From Octopus sinensis (lineage: Eukaryota): 64,000 nucleotides of DNA. A program made the position numbers and the translations under genes. This document shows, in pieces, positions 40,721-54,330 of the stretch (its first letter is position 1; every line of letters starts with the position of its first letter). The stretch spans positions 70,432,001 through 70,496,000 of the forward strand of contig NC_043008.1 of assembly GCF_006345805.1 (NCBI RefSeq). Reading direction: 5' to 3'. Below the pieces are notes generated by a model, which was given only the letters and a program-made list of their open reading frames with translations, was not told where the DNA came from and searched no databases.

Positions 40721-41479
40721 GTGTATATATGTATATAGATATGTGTGTATATATATATATATGTATATGTATATATATATATATGAAGACATAATAAAAA
40801 GGAAACCTGAGAAAGAGGACGCAGAAAGATAGAAGGAAGAATACAAGATCTTGAAAAAAGAAAAAAAGTATGAGAGGGGAAAGAAAAGGAATGAAATTTA
40901 TGATAATAATAATAATCATCATAATAATAAACAATAAAAAAAATGAAAAAATACAAACACACATACGTATATATATGTATATATATGAACGTAAAATACT
41001 TTTCTTCCTAAAATTAGAAACCATATCATCTTCATATCAAAAAGAAAAACAAACAAAAAAACGAAACAAAATATTGTATAAGGGAAAGATAACTCTGAAG
41101 TAAAGCCAAACTCTTGGAAAACCATTGAACAATGTGAAGACGAAATGAAACGAAACCAATTGAATTGAAATGAAAATGAAAGAAAATTAAGAAACAAAGT
41201 GAAATAGTGAAAATGAAAAATAATGACACTGGAGAAAAATGAAATCAAATAAGAAAAATAAATAAATAATAATACAAAAGTGGAAAAAAAAATCAGATCG
41301 TTTAAAAAAAATTAATTTCTTTCCCTTCCCTACCTACACTCCCCACACAGAAATACACAAACACACAAATATATATATACAAACATATATACATATATAT
41401 GTATGTATATATGTATGTATCCATCTATGTATATATATATGTATGTATCCATCTATGTATATGTATATATTTATCCATC

Positions 41480-41520
<41 letters not shown>

Positions 41521-42212
41521 TATATAATATACCACATCTATCTATGTATATAAAATGTATGTAATAGAAGAATACAAATATACATATATATATATGTAAA
41601 ATTATTTGGTAATGAAAAACACATAAATATGAGATGAGATGCGATGACATGAGATAAATGAGAAACAAAAAAATATATAAAAGGAAGTTATTATGACTGA
41701 AGATATGAAATGTGATGTGTTAAAAGGAAAGTGAAAGTAGAACATTTCGAACAAGAAATCGTCAAACCATCTCCTATCCCATATCACTAGGTATCCTTAA
41801 CATCATTTTTTATCCTCTTACCTACCTTCCTACCTTGTCTTACCTTAATCACATATCCACCCTAACCTGCCTTCCTTCTTTCCTTCCTGCCTTCTTTTCT
41901 TCTTTGACTTTTGACCTTCGACACTGACCTTGATACAAATGCAATTATTGAAGGAATAAAAAAGAAAAAAATCACCACCATCATACCAGAGAGAAAAAAA
42001 AATAACCACAGTAACAATAACAACAATAACAAAAGACGTATGCACCCCATTCCTCCACCCGCCCTAATGTCCCCTTTCCTGTGACTGAGACTATTTGAGA
42101 GTCTATAGAGAAAGAGAGAGAGAGCGAGAGAGAAAGAGAGAAAGAAAGAGACAACAGACACATATATAAATATATATATATAAATACATACATACATATA
42201 CACACAGAAATA

Positions 42213-42271
<59 letters not shown>

Positions 42272-42276
<5 letters not shown>

Positions 42277-42459
42277 CACACACACACAGTTGTATTTCAT
42301 GATATACATGTTTTAGAGACACACAAACATACATATATGTACATATATACATATATATGTATGTGTATACCACATGTATATACTACATGTATGTTTAATG
42401 GGAAACTAATAACTTCTCCCAATGCGTCGTTTCATTCGTCATCTTTCATTCTTCTTCAA

Positions 42460-42502
<43 letters not shown>

Positions 42503-42910
42503 GATATAATTATGATTTCGATACTGACAAATTACAACTATTACCACCAATAACATATTAACTAATATGACAATTTCATTATTACCCTTATTGTTTTATT
42601 AATTGCCATAATCTGTTATGGCTGTCATGACTATTACAATTGTTTTAATTATAACGATCATGATTATTATTATTATTATTACTATTATTATTATCGTTAT
42701 TATTATGAATATTATGAATGATTATCATTATTATAATTATGATTATAATTGTTGTTATTAATTTAAACATATAAACATAGTTCTCATCTTGTTAATTAAT
42801 TTTAATTGTTTGTGGTTATTTTTCTTGGTTAATTCTTTCAATGTAATATATATGTATTTGAATTTTACTATGTATGCCTCTCTCTCACTCTTATTTTCTT
42901 TCTCTCTCTC

Positions 42911-42951
<41 letters not shown>

Positions 42952-43014
42952 AACATATACACATATATATATACACACATATATATGCATATATATACAT
43001 ATATATATATTTAC

Positions 43015-43059
<45 letters not shown>

Positions 43060-43324
43060 CACACACAAACATTTATACTTATATATATTGGTCTATTTAT
43101 CCATCTCTTGCTTACTGTGTGTGTTCATATATATATATGTGCACACACACACAGTTGTATTTCATGATATACATGTTTTAGAGACACACAAACATACATA
43201 TATGTACATATATACATATATATGTATGTGTATACCACATGTATATACTACATGTATGTTTAATGGGAAACTAATAACTTCTCCCAATGCGTCGTTTCAT
43301 TCGTCATCTTTCATTCTTCTTCAA

Positions 43325-43364
<40 letters not shown>

Positions 43365-43786
43365 GATATAATTATGATTTCGATACTGACAAATTACAAC
43401 TATTACCACCAATAACATATTAACTAATATGACAATTTCATTATTACCCTTATTGTTTTATTAATTGCCATAATCTGTTATGGCTGTCATGACTATTACA
43501 ATTGTTTTAATTATAACGATCATGATTATTATTATTATTATTACTATTATTATTATCGTTATTATTATGAATATTATGAATGATTATCATTATTATAATT
43601 ATGATTATAATTGTTGTTATTAATTTAAACATATAAACATAGTTCTCATCTTGTTAATTAATTTTAATTGTTTGTGGTTATTTTTCTTGGTTAATTCTTT
43701 CAATGTAATATATATGTATTTGAATTTTACTATGTATGCCTCTCTCTCACTCTTATTTTCTTTCTCTCTCTCATATATATATATAT

Positions 43787-43818
<32 letters not shown>

Positions 43819-43883
43819 TAAACATATACACATATATATATACACACATATATATGCATATATATACATATATATATATTTAC

Positions 43884-43928
<45 letters not shown>

Positions 43929-44008
43929 CACACACAAACATTTATACTTATATATATTGGTCTATTTATCCATCTCTTGCTTACTGTGTGTGTTCATATA
44001 TATATATA

Positions 44009-44010
<2 letters not shown>
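42272..44010. repeat. Tandem direct duplication, unit ~862-865 bp
   Basis: 42272-43136 is repeated at 43137-~44010 (aatgcgtcgt at 42421 and 43286); differences are mostly microsatellite lengths. Confidence 0.95.
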
Positions 44011-44043
<33 letters not shown>

Positions 44044-44677
44044 TTACTGGTCTATTTATCTGTCTCTCGCCCTCTCTTTTTCCCTCTCTCTCTATATATA
44101 TTACGTATGTGTGTATGTGTGTGTATTATATAAAATAAGGTCACTTCAAAAGGACTTTAGTGGAGTCCACCTCAAGTATTTAAACCAAGTCCCTTGTCTG
44201 AGAATGTTGAGACCTTTCTGTTACTGCATCAGTTTTGGAGGCCCTGCATAATTATCATTGGCACTGCCATTGCTCTTCTCACAAACTCCTACTCATCTGT
44301 GTATATCTTGAGCCTCTTTACTGATGCTCTAATGATTGAAACCATAATTATCTTAGTAATGAATGTGCATAAACAACCAACAAATAAAACAACTAGTATG
44401 CCGAATAAACATCTTACAGAAGCTCCTACTAGCTTGCACGACTGTATTTTCTTTCTATTATCCATCCATGAGACTATATATACTTGGAAGGCTAGAGTGC
44501 CTACATGATGTCTACTTGGACCCCCTCTAAAGAGTTCACCATCCTTAGCATAAAGATTGGGGTTATTCCTGAGTGTATTCTTGGTATCCTCATCATACAT
44601 TTATTGTGACAAACACACTGGGACATGCTCCTTTCATAATGGAATAATATAGTATAATTAAGAAATCTGCAGTTTTC

Positions 44678-44722
44678 TAGTACTGATGAGATGCAATGAG
44701 ATCGAAATAGTGCTGTATATGA
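44678..44722 (+). ncRNA. Decayed type I hammerhead ribozyme-like motif
   Basis: GUA-CUGAUGA-GAU(8-nt loop)AUC-GAAA-UAGUGCU-GUA-UAU; core intact, stems short. Confidence 0.45.
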
Positions 44723-45524
44723 GTATTTAAAACTTTATAGTTGAATACAAGTACTAAGGACTCCATAACTGAAATGTAAAAAAAAAAAAAAGAAATTCAT
44801 CTAAATAAATGCATAAATGTATTTACTTTACTAACAAAAAGATCCCAGATGATTCTCTCCTCTGTGATGGACCAACCAAGGAAACAACTGCCTCCAATTG
44901 AGAAAATAATGTCATCTCAAAATTTGCCATTCAACATGGTTTACTTACAAATACAGACAACACAACTTTAAATGTAGGAATAAGTAATATCTTCTATAGT
45001 ACATCTGTGTACATTAAGAACCTTAACTAATGCGTCTATATGTACATATGTATATTGTGAGTGTCCTCATAGATTTAATGTCCATTGTGAAATCCCTTCA
45101 GAGATGAATCTTTAAAGATGGTTTATTAATAGAATCCAAATTATTAAAGATACAGTAATTTATAGCAGATCCCTAAATACACTAAAGATAAAGTTATAGA
45201 ATAGCCATTGTTGCCATTATCATCATCTTCAATGTTTTTCTGCCCAGTTCTCCTTGCTTGCAAGAATCAGACAGAATTATTGAGCCAAATTTTCTATAAC
45301 TGGACATGCTTCCTGCCGTCAACCCATACCTGTTTCCAAGTAGGGTAATATTTCTCCTACTCTGTTGAATGCAGACAGTACAATGGACACACGTTTCCAC
45401 AGATGATTGTAAATGAATGACACCACTTGTATGATGGCAAAATTTGTTTACAATTAGTGTGTAATGCCAAGTCAAAGGGATACAAACTGCATATACAGGC
45501 ACAAACATATATATGATTAACCTG

Positions 45525-45680
45525 ATTCAGTTTCCATCTACTAAATCAAATCACAAGGCTTTGGTTGACCTGGGGCCATAGTTGGAGACACTTGTACAAG
45601 GTGTTGCACACTGGTACCGAACCTGAAATCTCATGGTTGTGAAGTGAATTTTTTAACCACACAGCCATGGCTGTGCCTAG
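45525..45680 (-). mobile_element. SINE family A, 5' half
   Basis: cacaaggctttggttgacc...gacacttg...aaccacacagccatggctgtgcct. Confidence 0.75.
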
Positions 45681-46748
45681 ACAATACAAGAACGAAGTTG
45701 CCTCCACCAATATAAGCGACATTCTTACTATGCTATATGATGCCACAATATGTCCATTAGAGAATGAATAACAGTGTATAATAAAATCCTTTTTTTTTTC
45801 TTTTTTTCTAAGTGCTATTTCCTATTTGCTTCTATCTAGAAATCAAAGGAAACAACTGCTATTCTCTTCAAACATTACTTTTGTGACCTGGACATCAAAG
45901 TTTAGAAATTGACCTTTTTCATACAAATTCAGTGCTGAGTTGCTGAAGCAGAAATATTGTTACTGCAAATATTCTGCTCAGTACCACAAATTTGTGTGCC
46001 AGTTGCTTGACCTTAACCAGTTGAGCATGTCCCTTAGTGGCTGACAATATGTGCATCTCTAATCATGAGCAGGAGTAGTAGGGGAATATCACAGCCATGT
46101 TTTGAGGGGGATTCTTTGGGGCTTGAATAAAAGTAACAAAAGCAAATTTTGAAGGAAATATTAGTCATTTTTCGTTTTTTCTAGGAATAAGCAAATAGGA
46201 AATAACAGTTGCTACATGAAGATAAAAATTGTGTTACACAGCGTAATTAATATAAAAGACCCTTATATGTGTATTACACCTCAGAACAAACTAACAGTTA
46301 GATTATATTATAAAAACAGTAGAATTAAAAATCATTCTAAGCCATATGAAACCATAAACATGAAAGCTTTGCAGTAGAATATACAAACTTCACCGTAAGT
46401 ATTAAACTTCAGATTGAACATACTAAATGCCACACTTTCTTCTTGTCTACCCACAGTAGTTATAGTAAGGGGTCATTGCAGTGCCATTACAATATGGAAC
46501 ACAAATCTAGGTTGAAAAACATTAGTTTAACATAGTTATTCAATGTAGAATTCTGAAAAAAAATCTAGATTAATAATGAAAGCTAAATTATTTACATAAA
46601 TAGATTTAATGATTCTACATTATTGGATTGTGCTTTACTTGTATCAGATTCATGCAGCAACATATTTTTTTATTATAAATTTATGAAATTACAAGTATGT
46701 AATGTCTCCTAATTTAGTTGAGTAATCTTTCTGCAAAGGGAGCTTTTA

Positions 46749-46790
<42 letters not shown>

Positions 46791-47545
46791 CATAGACACA
46801 CGCACACATACAATTTGATGGGTGAAGGATCTAATAGTCAACATTGTAAAATCTTTCATGAAAAGAAAAGAACACTCTTGCTTGGAAAATGTCCAGATAT
46901 TTTGATATTTTTTCTTATTTATTGCAATAAGCCTTGCTGATGATTGTTGGACGTAATTTGAAACTAAAGGTCCCAAAATTTATTTGTGTGTGTGAGGAGA
47001 GAGAGAGAAAGTGTGTATGTGTGTGTATATACATATATTGAAAGATACAAAAGGTAATAGAAAGATATTGACATGAAGATAAATTGAAAGGGAGATAGAA
47101 TAGTTGTGAAAGAATTTTGCAAAAGATCTTGTTTGTTATTGTTGTTATTGATTTCACTGTTACAGTTATAATCATCATCATCATTAACCACCTCCCACCA
47201 CTGGACTAACCCCATTACCTTCTACTACCCCCTGCTGCATCCAGAAGTGACATACACATCAAACCTCTCTTTCATACATCATTTTATTTCAGTTGTTTTA
47301 TTACTGTCAGAGACCATAACTTATTTCTAGAGTCTATATGGATACAGTAAATATGCATAAACACACATGCATGTATATATATGTATATATATATATATAT
47401 CCATACACATGTGTATGTACACTTATTATTATTTTTATTTAGCAGAAGTTACAAAATAACTCAAGTGATGAGAGTCTCACGCATGGCACTTATCAAACCT
47501 ATATATACATATATTTATACTTTATATGTGTATGTATATCATATA

Positions 47546-47601
<56 letters not shown>

Positions 47602-48164
47602 AAAGGAAGGTTGATCATATTTGTTTAATCTAACAACCACATATCGTAATTTCAAAGCCTGAACATTCTTTACACACACCCATTCATGTTTTCCTAAATT
47701 ATTGTTCTAAACCCATTTGGTGATCTACATTTGAATAGAAGGGTCTCTGTATTCGTTATCTTGTACATAATTAGAAATTCTATAGCATTTTTTATATCAT
47801 TTCCTATTTATATTAATTGAGATGGATAAAGGAACTTTATATTAGTTAATTACTAAATAAACAAATTAATTAATTACAATATCTATCTAGTTAATTTTAT
47901 CCACAAGCTTTGATATTAATTTTGATGAAGTTAATGATCTCAGCCAACATAAATATATCTTTGCAAGTCACACAGTACATGATGAAGAGACGTGTGTTGA
48001 GCTGAAGTTTGACCACAGATCTTATAAAGTTTCATATCCTGAAACAGTGAAACTATAAATTATTGATGTCAGTGAGGGTAACCATGATGACTGGTCAAAA
48101 GTAGTGGTGGTTAGTATCCAGTAACCGATTGTGAAGTTTTTGGTGTCTACAAACTGGTCATAAC

Positions 48165-48169
48165 ATGAG
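48165..48169 (+). CDS. Candidate start-codon exon end (ATG AG|) of a second gene
   Basis: aacATGAG|gtaagt with a consensus donor and A at -3; first ATG after an in-frame TGA at 48132; 60-nt intron 48170-48229. Confidence 0.45.
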
Positions 48170-48229
48170 GTAAGTGTATTCAACTACAAGTAGTGATGTT
48201 ATTATAAACTTTATAATTCTTTTTTGCAG

Positions 48230-48240
48230 CGAATCCACTG
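48230..48240 (+). CDS. 11-nt microexon CGAATCCACTG (gives M-S-E-S-T-x with the upstream exon)
   Basis: Consensus acceptor ttcttttttgcag and donor gtaagt. Confidence 0.6.
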
Positions 48241-48875
48241 GTAAGTATCTCCAAGGAAGACAGTCTGTTATCTCTAAAATCGGGTTTATCTACATATATA
48301 TATATATATATATATAAGTTATGTGTAGCTTAAAGATCACATAGCCTTCTTAGATCTAAGAATTCTACCGCACTGCTGAATTCCAGATCAGATATTTTCA
48401 GCAAATGAAAATATTTGTACAAGTTTCATTTTGGCAAATTGGAGAACACCACCCTCTCTGGATAGAGCAGTTGTGTCGCAGACTTTAGACTTCTTCCATT
48501 GATTATACACCTTCTCACCTTGTGACTCTATGGTCAAGATGGACATAATTTTAATTCTGTTTTTTCTTTTCTCTCTCATTCTCCATTTTTTCACCCCCAC
48601 CCCAATTTGGAACCTACCTTCATCTCGTTTTTCTTGTGATTTCTCTTGTCCAATTATTCTGATTATAACTTATGTAGCCCACATGCGTAAAGCCTGGACA
48701 TTACTTGAAGACACTAGGCGTGTTTTAAAACCTGCTCAAATAACCTTCAGTGTATGAAACTTAGTAGCTCATACCTATAAACTGTATATATATATATATA
48801 TATAAAGAGAGAGAGAGAGAGAGAGATAATTAAATAAATAATTATTTATTAATTATAAAATAGGACATCATCTCT

Positions 48876-49044
48876 GACAGTTGTTTCAATTCAAGACTTT
48901 TAGAAATTAATTAGTATAATTAAAAACATTTTAAAACTATCTCATCGGAAGGTATATCTTTAGCCACCTCCGATGAGATTCAGCTTTAAAATGTTTTTAA
49001 CTATACTAATTAATTTCCAAAAGACTTGAATCGAAACAGCTGTC
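48876..49044. mobile_element. Inverted pair of hammerhead-like short elements
   Basis: Arms 48876-48952 and 48967-49044; the + arm reads CCGAUGA-GAUUCA...UGAAUC-GAAAC-AGCU-GUC. Confidence 0.7.
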
Positions 49045-49858
49045 AATAATCTAAGGCATTTATAGCTGTCTTTCCTCAACAAGTCGCAAAATTTCTGGAA
49101 AGCACCTCCAGTGTGTGTATGTAAGTGTGTATTTGCACCACTAGCACTAGATTGGTAGCCATGTTGTCATGATTAAAGTGCATATCTCTGTTCTTCGCTC
49201 GTCCGCTTCTTTACAGAGTAAAAAGCATAGGAGATAGAGGCATGAATAATAGTGAGATCCGTGAGTGATAAAGCGTACCCAGTATGCTGAAGTAGGAATG
49301 AACATTGAAGGCAATATGACTGAGATGGCAGGGTGGTAACAGGAATGTGTGCATGATCCAGGGGCAAGAACAATGTCGAAGGCCGATAATATGTAGGAGA
49401 AAAGGAACAAAAATACGCTGACAAACATATTGACACAGAGTAATGAGAGGCAAAACAGAAGGGGAAGGTGATGGTGAAGTGAACTGGGCGCAAATGATCC
49501 AGTGTAGCCATCTACACATGAGTCGTGAGATGGGGTTGAGTGATGAGGATGGGTGGTGGAATGAGGAATGGGGGAGTTATATAAAAGGGATGATGGGAAG
49601 AGGGTCATAGTAGGTGCAGTGACATCCAGATTGGAAGCAATTTAAGACAAACAGAAGAGATCTGCTGCTGTACTCAGTCTCACTGCAGAATAGTATAGTG
49701 AGAATTGAGGAGAGGAGAGAGTGATAGATAAGGAGTACTAAACATCGTTAAAAGAATCAATATGTGGTGAACTGTAGATGGACAGTTTCTTTGTGTCTGA
49801 AGATCAGGAAGAAAAGCGGGACGTCCTTCAGTGGCTATGTGAACCGACCTTAGGCGCT

Positions 49859-49972
49859 GTGGAGGCACGTGGCTTAGTGGTTAAGGTGTTGGACTCATGA
49901 TCGTAAGATTGTGGTTTCGATTCCTGGACCGGGCGATGCATTGTGTTCTTGTGCAAAGCACTTCAATTCACT
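49859..49972 (+). mobile_element. tRNA-headed SINE 5' fragment (family C-like)
   Basis: A-box tggcttagtgg and B-box ggtttcgattcc, then gcattgtgttcttgtgcaaagcacttca. Confidence 0.8.
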
Positions 49973-50574
49973 ACCAGATATAGTTTGAAGTAATACTCAG
50001 AATGGTGAGCAGTAGACAAATAACAGATGAAAGAATACTATGTATGTTAAACAGAAGAGTGAACGTTGCCATCTTTTGTTACACTGATAGTATAGTAAAG
50101 TACGATTGAAATTCATAAGAGGATGAAGTGTGTGAGATGTGTAATAGGAACATGAGTGCAGGGAGCAAGAATGATGACTAGTGGACGAAAGTGAAACGGA
50201 CGATAAAGGTAAAGACAATACTGTTGTATCACAACAACATGGGTGGTGTGAATCTAATAAACTGATTGGTGAAGAGCAACGGACATGGTATATTTGAGGA
50301 AATCTTTAAAGATCCGACTGTACTGGATCGCCATCCACATGAGGAAGCACCCACACACAACTGTTGCAGAAAAATATTTAACTATATAGTAATTCTAGAG
50401 AATAATCTTATATAGTGATATGTAAATGCAAATCTAGCAACTTAATGCTGGTCTCCAGTGTAGAAACAAATATTGTGATTTCCTATTAAAGCCTGGTATT
50501 TTCTATCTTCGTGTTATATTTGACAGAGGAGAGAGAGAATAGAGAAAGAGAGAGAGAGAGAAATTTAACGTCCA

Positions 50575-51790
50575 TTTTGCCAATCCTGAGCGAGTATACC
50601 GCCAACCACACAAACATTTGTCATTTCTACGAGATGTAACACTTCAGATCTGACTTCAGCACTTCGTCCTAGGTCTTCCTTAGTTTTTTTCTTCCAAAGA
50701 TTTCATTTCCTTCGAGCACACGGTACATCGTTATATAGCTCTCTTCCTCCATACGTATCACATCGTTATATAGCTATCTTCCTCCATACGTATCACATCG
50801 TTATATAGCTATCTTCCTCCATACGTATCACATACCCATGCCAACGCTCTCTTCTCACTACCCTGTGTTCAATCATTCATGCACGCTAATACTACACATC
50901 CTTTTGATGTGTTTCTAGCTTTCGCAGATCTTTTGTAGTCGAGGCCCAAGTCTCACTGCGATGTAACATCATTCTTTGCACACAGGCATCATATATCCTT
51001 CCCTTCACTCTGAGGGAGAATCCCTTTCTTACTAGTAGAGATCATATCTTACTGAATTCTCTCCAACCGGTTCCTAGAACATCTCCCCCTAGTCTATATT
51101 GGATGGTATTCTTTTCACCAGGGATAGACTTCGCATTCACAACCAGACATCACCCCCTTTTCAGGGGAGTATGAATTATACCTGGCTTCCGTGTTCATCC
51201 GTCGGTAATTAGTTGGCTGGTTGGCTTCTTGGAGTTGGTTTTTGTACATGATGGCTTCATATGCAACACAGAAACCCCAGAGCCTTGAACCTTTCTCCCT
51301 TCGTTTACCATAGCCATAGCTTCGATAATTCTTTTATTTATCCACCAGACATAACAGTTATGCAAAGGCAGAGATAAAGGTCATGGTCCTGTTGTGGAAG
51401 ACTGAGACTTAACCTACTGCGCACTCTGACTGCTTTGATTATTTTATATATCCGTCTCTCTGTTAATAATATTCTTACTTGCTCACTTCATCTAATCCAT
51501 CACTGGTATCAATGCATAAGTATTTGTACCTATGTTCCTCGACGGTGAGTAGTTTGGCTAAGGCTCCTTTCTATTTTCTTGCACAAAATACACACCTACT
51601 TGCCGTACGTTGCGGCATCTCTACAATTTCACCCGACCTATCTTTCCTTGAATTGACACTGAAGGTCACCATCTTAAAGATGGTATCTTGACAAGAAGAG
51701 AGAGAGAGAGAGAGAGAGAGATTTATTCCAAAAATAGGTCTTGTAGTTTCTGCCTACCAGACAAAGAGCTTGTATGGCCGCTTGAGAGTG
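50575..51790 (-). mobile_element. Decayed RTE-clade LINE ORF2 fragment with an internal 3x 35-bp tandem repeat (50725-50835)
   Basis: KGFSLRVKGRIYDACVQRMMLHRSETW, RWHGYVIRMEED and tail aacgtcc. Confidence 0.8.
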
Positions 51791-52030
51791 ACGAGAAGGT
51801 TCTTCCATATGGATAAGGGATTTTATAGCTACTTCGTCAGCTACTGCTTCTCATTCTCTAAACAATAGATACGAAACTGACTATCATTATTATTTCAAAA
51901 ATATTATTTAGTTGCGTGTTACTCTGTGTGTACACACATACAAACTCACACAAACACAAACACATTAGGCTTCTTTCAGTATCCGTTTATAAAATTCACT
52001 TTGTAAGTGCGCAGATATGTCTGTGTCTAC

Positions 52031-52089
<59 letters not shown>

Positions 52090-52145
52090 TGCATACATAC
52101 ATACATGTGTCTATGTAATGTATACATACATTTATAAATACATAC

Positions 52146-52176
<31 letters not shown>

Positions 52177-53387
52177 CACATGTATGTGTATATGTATACA
52201 CACACGCACACAGACACACACACACACACATATATATATTATGTATGTATATAAAATGAGTGTGTCTGTGTGTTTGCACTGTCACATAGTTTAAAGGCAA
52301 GAGTTTACTGTTGATTAAACTTTAATTATTTCCGTTTATTTAATCACGATTGTAACTACGTAACTATAAAGGAATAAAAAGACAGTGTTTTTACTCTTTT
52401 AACTGGTGCAAGTTTTAGCACGAATTTCTTTTAGTTAGCTCAATGTAATTAACTGACGGAATTAATAAAATTACTGATATGAATGCTATCTTATGTAAGA
52501 GCTTTTTATAAAATATAATTTAGTTTCAGTATTGTTAGTATACTTTCCCTAAGTAAGATGGACAGTTTATAACTATGGGTTAAGATCTAGAGTGATGCGT
52601 AAACGAAAAAAATCTTACCAAAATCGTTAAATAGCATAAGGTTTATTTTTCAGACCGTTGTTACAACTGAGTGTTCAGTCTGTTGTTCATCTTTCTGTAG
52701 ACACCTTCAATAAAACTGCTGGCTGGCTATTCTTCTGTCCTTGATCAGCGCAACAGCAAAGAACAGCTAAATGAGCAGTGCGATACCATTATAGTTCCTT
52801 AGTGAAGGTGATGATATTATCTACCACTAATAAAAAAAGCAATAAGCAATAATAAAGAATACAATAAAATAAAAAAAACATATTATCTACCACTGGCATT
52901 TTAAATGAAATTTTATATAAACACCACATGTTAATTGGCGTTACTATCATTAAAAAATCGACTAAAGCGGTTGGCGTCTGTACGGCATGTTCTGTGTGAA
53001 AAACAAAAACCCTATATTTTTATGAGAAACTAACTAGCCCTCATGTCAATTTCTCTGGAACTTAAGAGTAGAACATATGGATGAGTTGGAATTTTATTTG
53101 TTCGATTCTCCTGACCGACCGTACATCCAGTGTATATGGGCGATTAATTTTATTCATAACGTATGAAGCTCACAATAAAGCTCAGTGATGGTAAATCTGT
53201 GGTTTGAGACTGCATGTCTCAAACTGGGTGCTGTCCCATGAATTAAATCAAGTAAATCGTGAACAGTGTAGACTCAAGAAATCTTTGCTCCAAACCATGA
53301 CATCACCGTCCTTAACTGTGAGTGTTCATGCGTTGTTGATGAAATTAACCATCTGTAGCTATTGGGCATACGCACCGCCAGTAGAGT

Positions 53388-53597
53388 TACTCTTTTACTT
53401 GTTTCGGTCATTTGATTGTGGCCATGCTGGAGCACAACCTTTTGTCGAGCAAATCGACCCCAGGACTTATTCTTTGTAAGCTTAGTACTTATTCTATCGG
53501 TCTCTTTTGCCGAACCGCTAAGTTACGGGGATGTAAGCACACCAGCATCGGTTGTCAAGTGATGTTGTGGCGGGGTGGGGTGGACAAACAGACACAA

Positions 53598-53636
<39 letters not shown>

Positions 53637-53835
53637 CATATATATATTTATATATATATATATACATATATACGACGGGCTTCTTTCAGTTTTCGTCTAC
53701 CAAATCCGCTCACAAAGCTTTGGTCGGCCCGAGGCTATAGCAGAAGACACTTGCCCAAGGTTCCACGCAGTGGGACTGAACCCGGAACTATGTGGTTGGT
53801 AAGCAAGCTACTTACCACACAGCCATTCCTATGCC
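53388..53835 (-). mobile_element. SINE family A, full length, young
   Basis: Intact head to tail with most CpGs retained. Confidence 0.92.
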
Positions 53836-53989
53836 TAGTTAAAGAAATTATATTTCAACTCTTGCAACCACAATCTTGTTTGATTAGTCTATGTTCAAAT
53901 CTTAAGCCCATGAGAAAAGTAAATGAGGACAAGTGAGCTTTTCAAAAATTATATATATATATATATATGAATTTTAGGCAGATCTCTGT

Positions 53990-54330
53990 CAAGAGATTGG
54001 TATTTTTCACCTTGACAAACAACAACCTGAAGCATTTTACAGGAATACTATGGAATTCGCCAAAAACAGGAAAATCCGAGTTCTGCATTGGTCAGCACAA
54101 TTCTCAGATTTAAATACGATAGAAAACTTACAGAATGGGGAGAACATGATATTCAAAAAAGGAAGTCTAGGAAAGGCTTTCAGTTGTATGATTATATAGA
54201 CAACATAAAACTTTCAGATTCAGTGCCTAGTAAGCATAATTCCATTTTGAGAAATTGCACTTACTCGGCCAATATATTAGTGCTATCAGATTATATATTT
54301 TTTCAATCTTTAAAACGCACATTCCATTTT
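53990..54330 (+). mobile_element. Decayed Tc1-like transposase fragment
   Basis: IRVLHWSAQFSDLNTIENL resembles the Tc1 motif I.VL.WP.QSPDLNPIENLW. Confidence 0.7.

Noticed and set aside
44130-44600. Mitochondrial insertion (NUMT) or GLUT/innexin-like assignment
   Set aside because: No recognisable conserved motif under the standard or invertebrate mitochondrial code; the similarities were superficial.
48704-48782. UUGAAGA...GAAAC-UUA possible further hammerhead
   Set aside because: Core and stems are too degenerate to distinguish from chance.
49859-49935. tRNA genes at 49859, 30739 and 12762
   Set aside because: A and B boxes are present but there is no complete cloverleaf, and each continues into a SINE body.
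49150-50330. Purine-rich block with several 100-150-aa minus ORFs
   Set aside because: Probably a very old retroelement interrupted by a SINE, but no diagnostic motif could be read, so it is not annotated.
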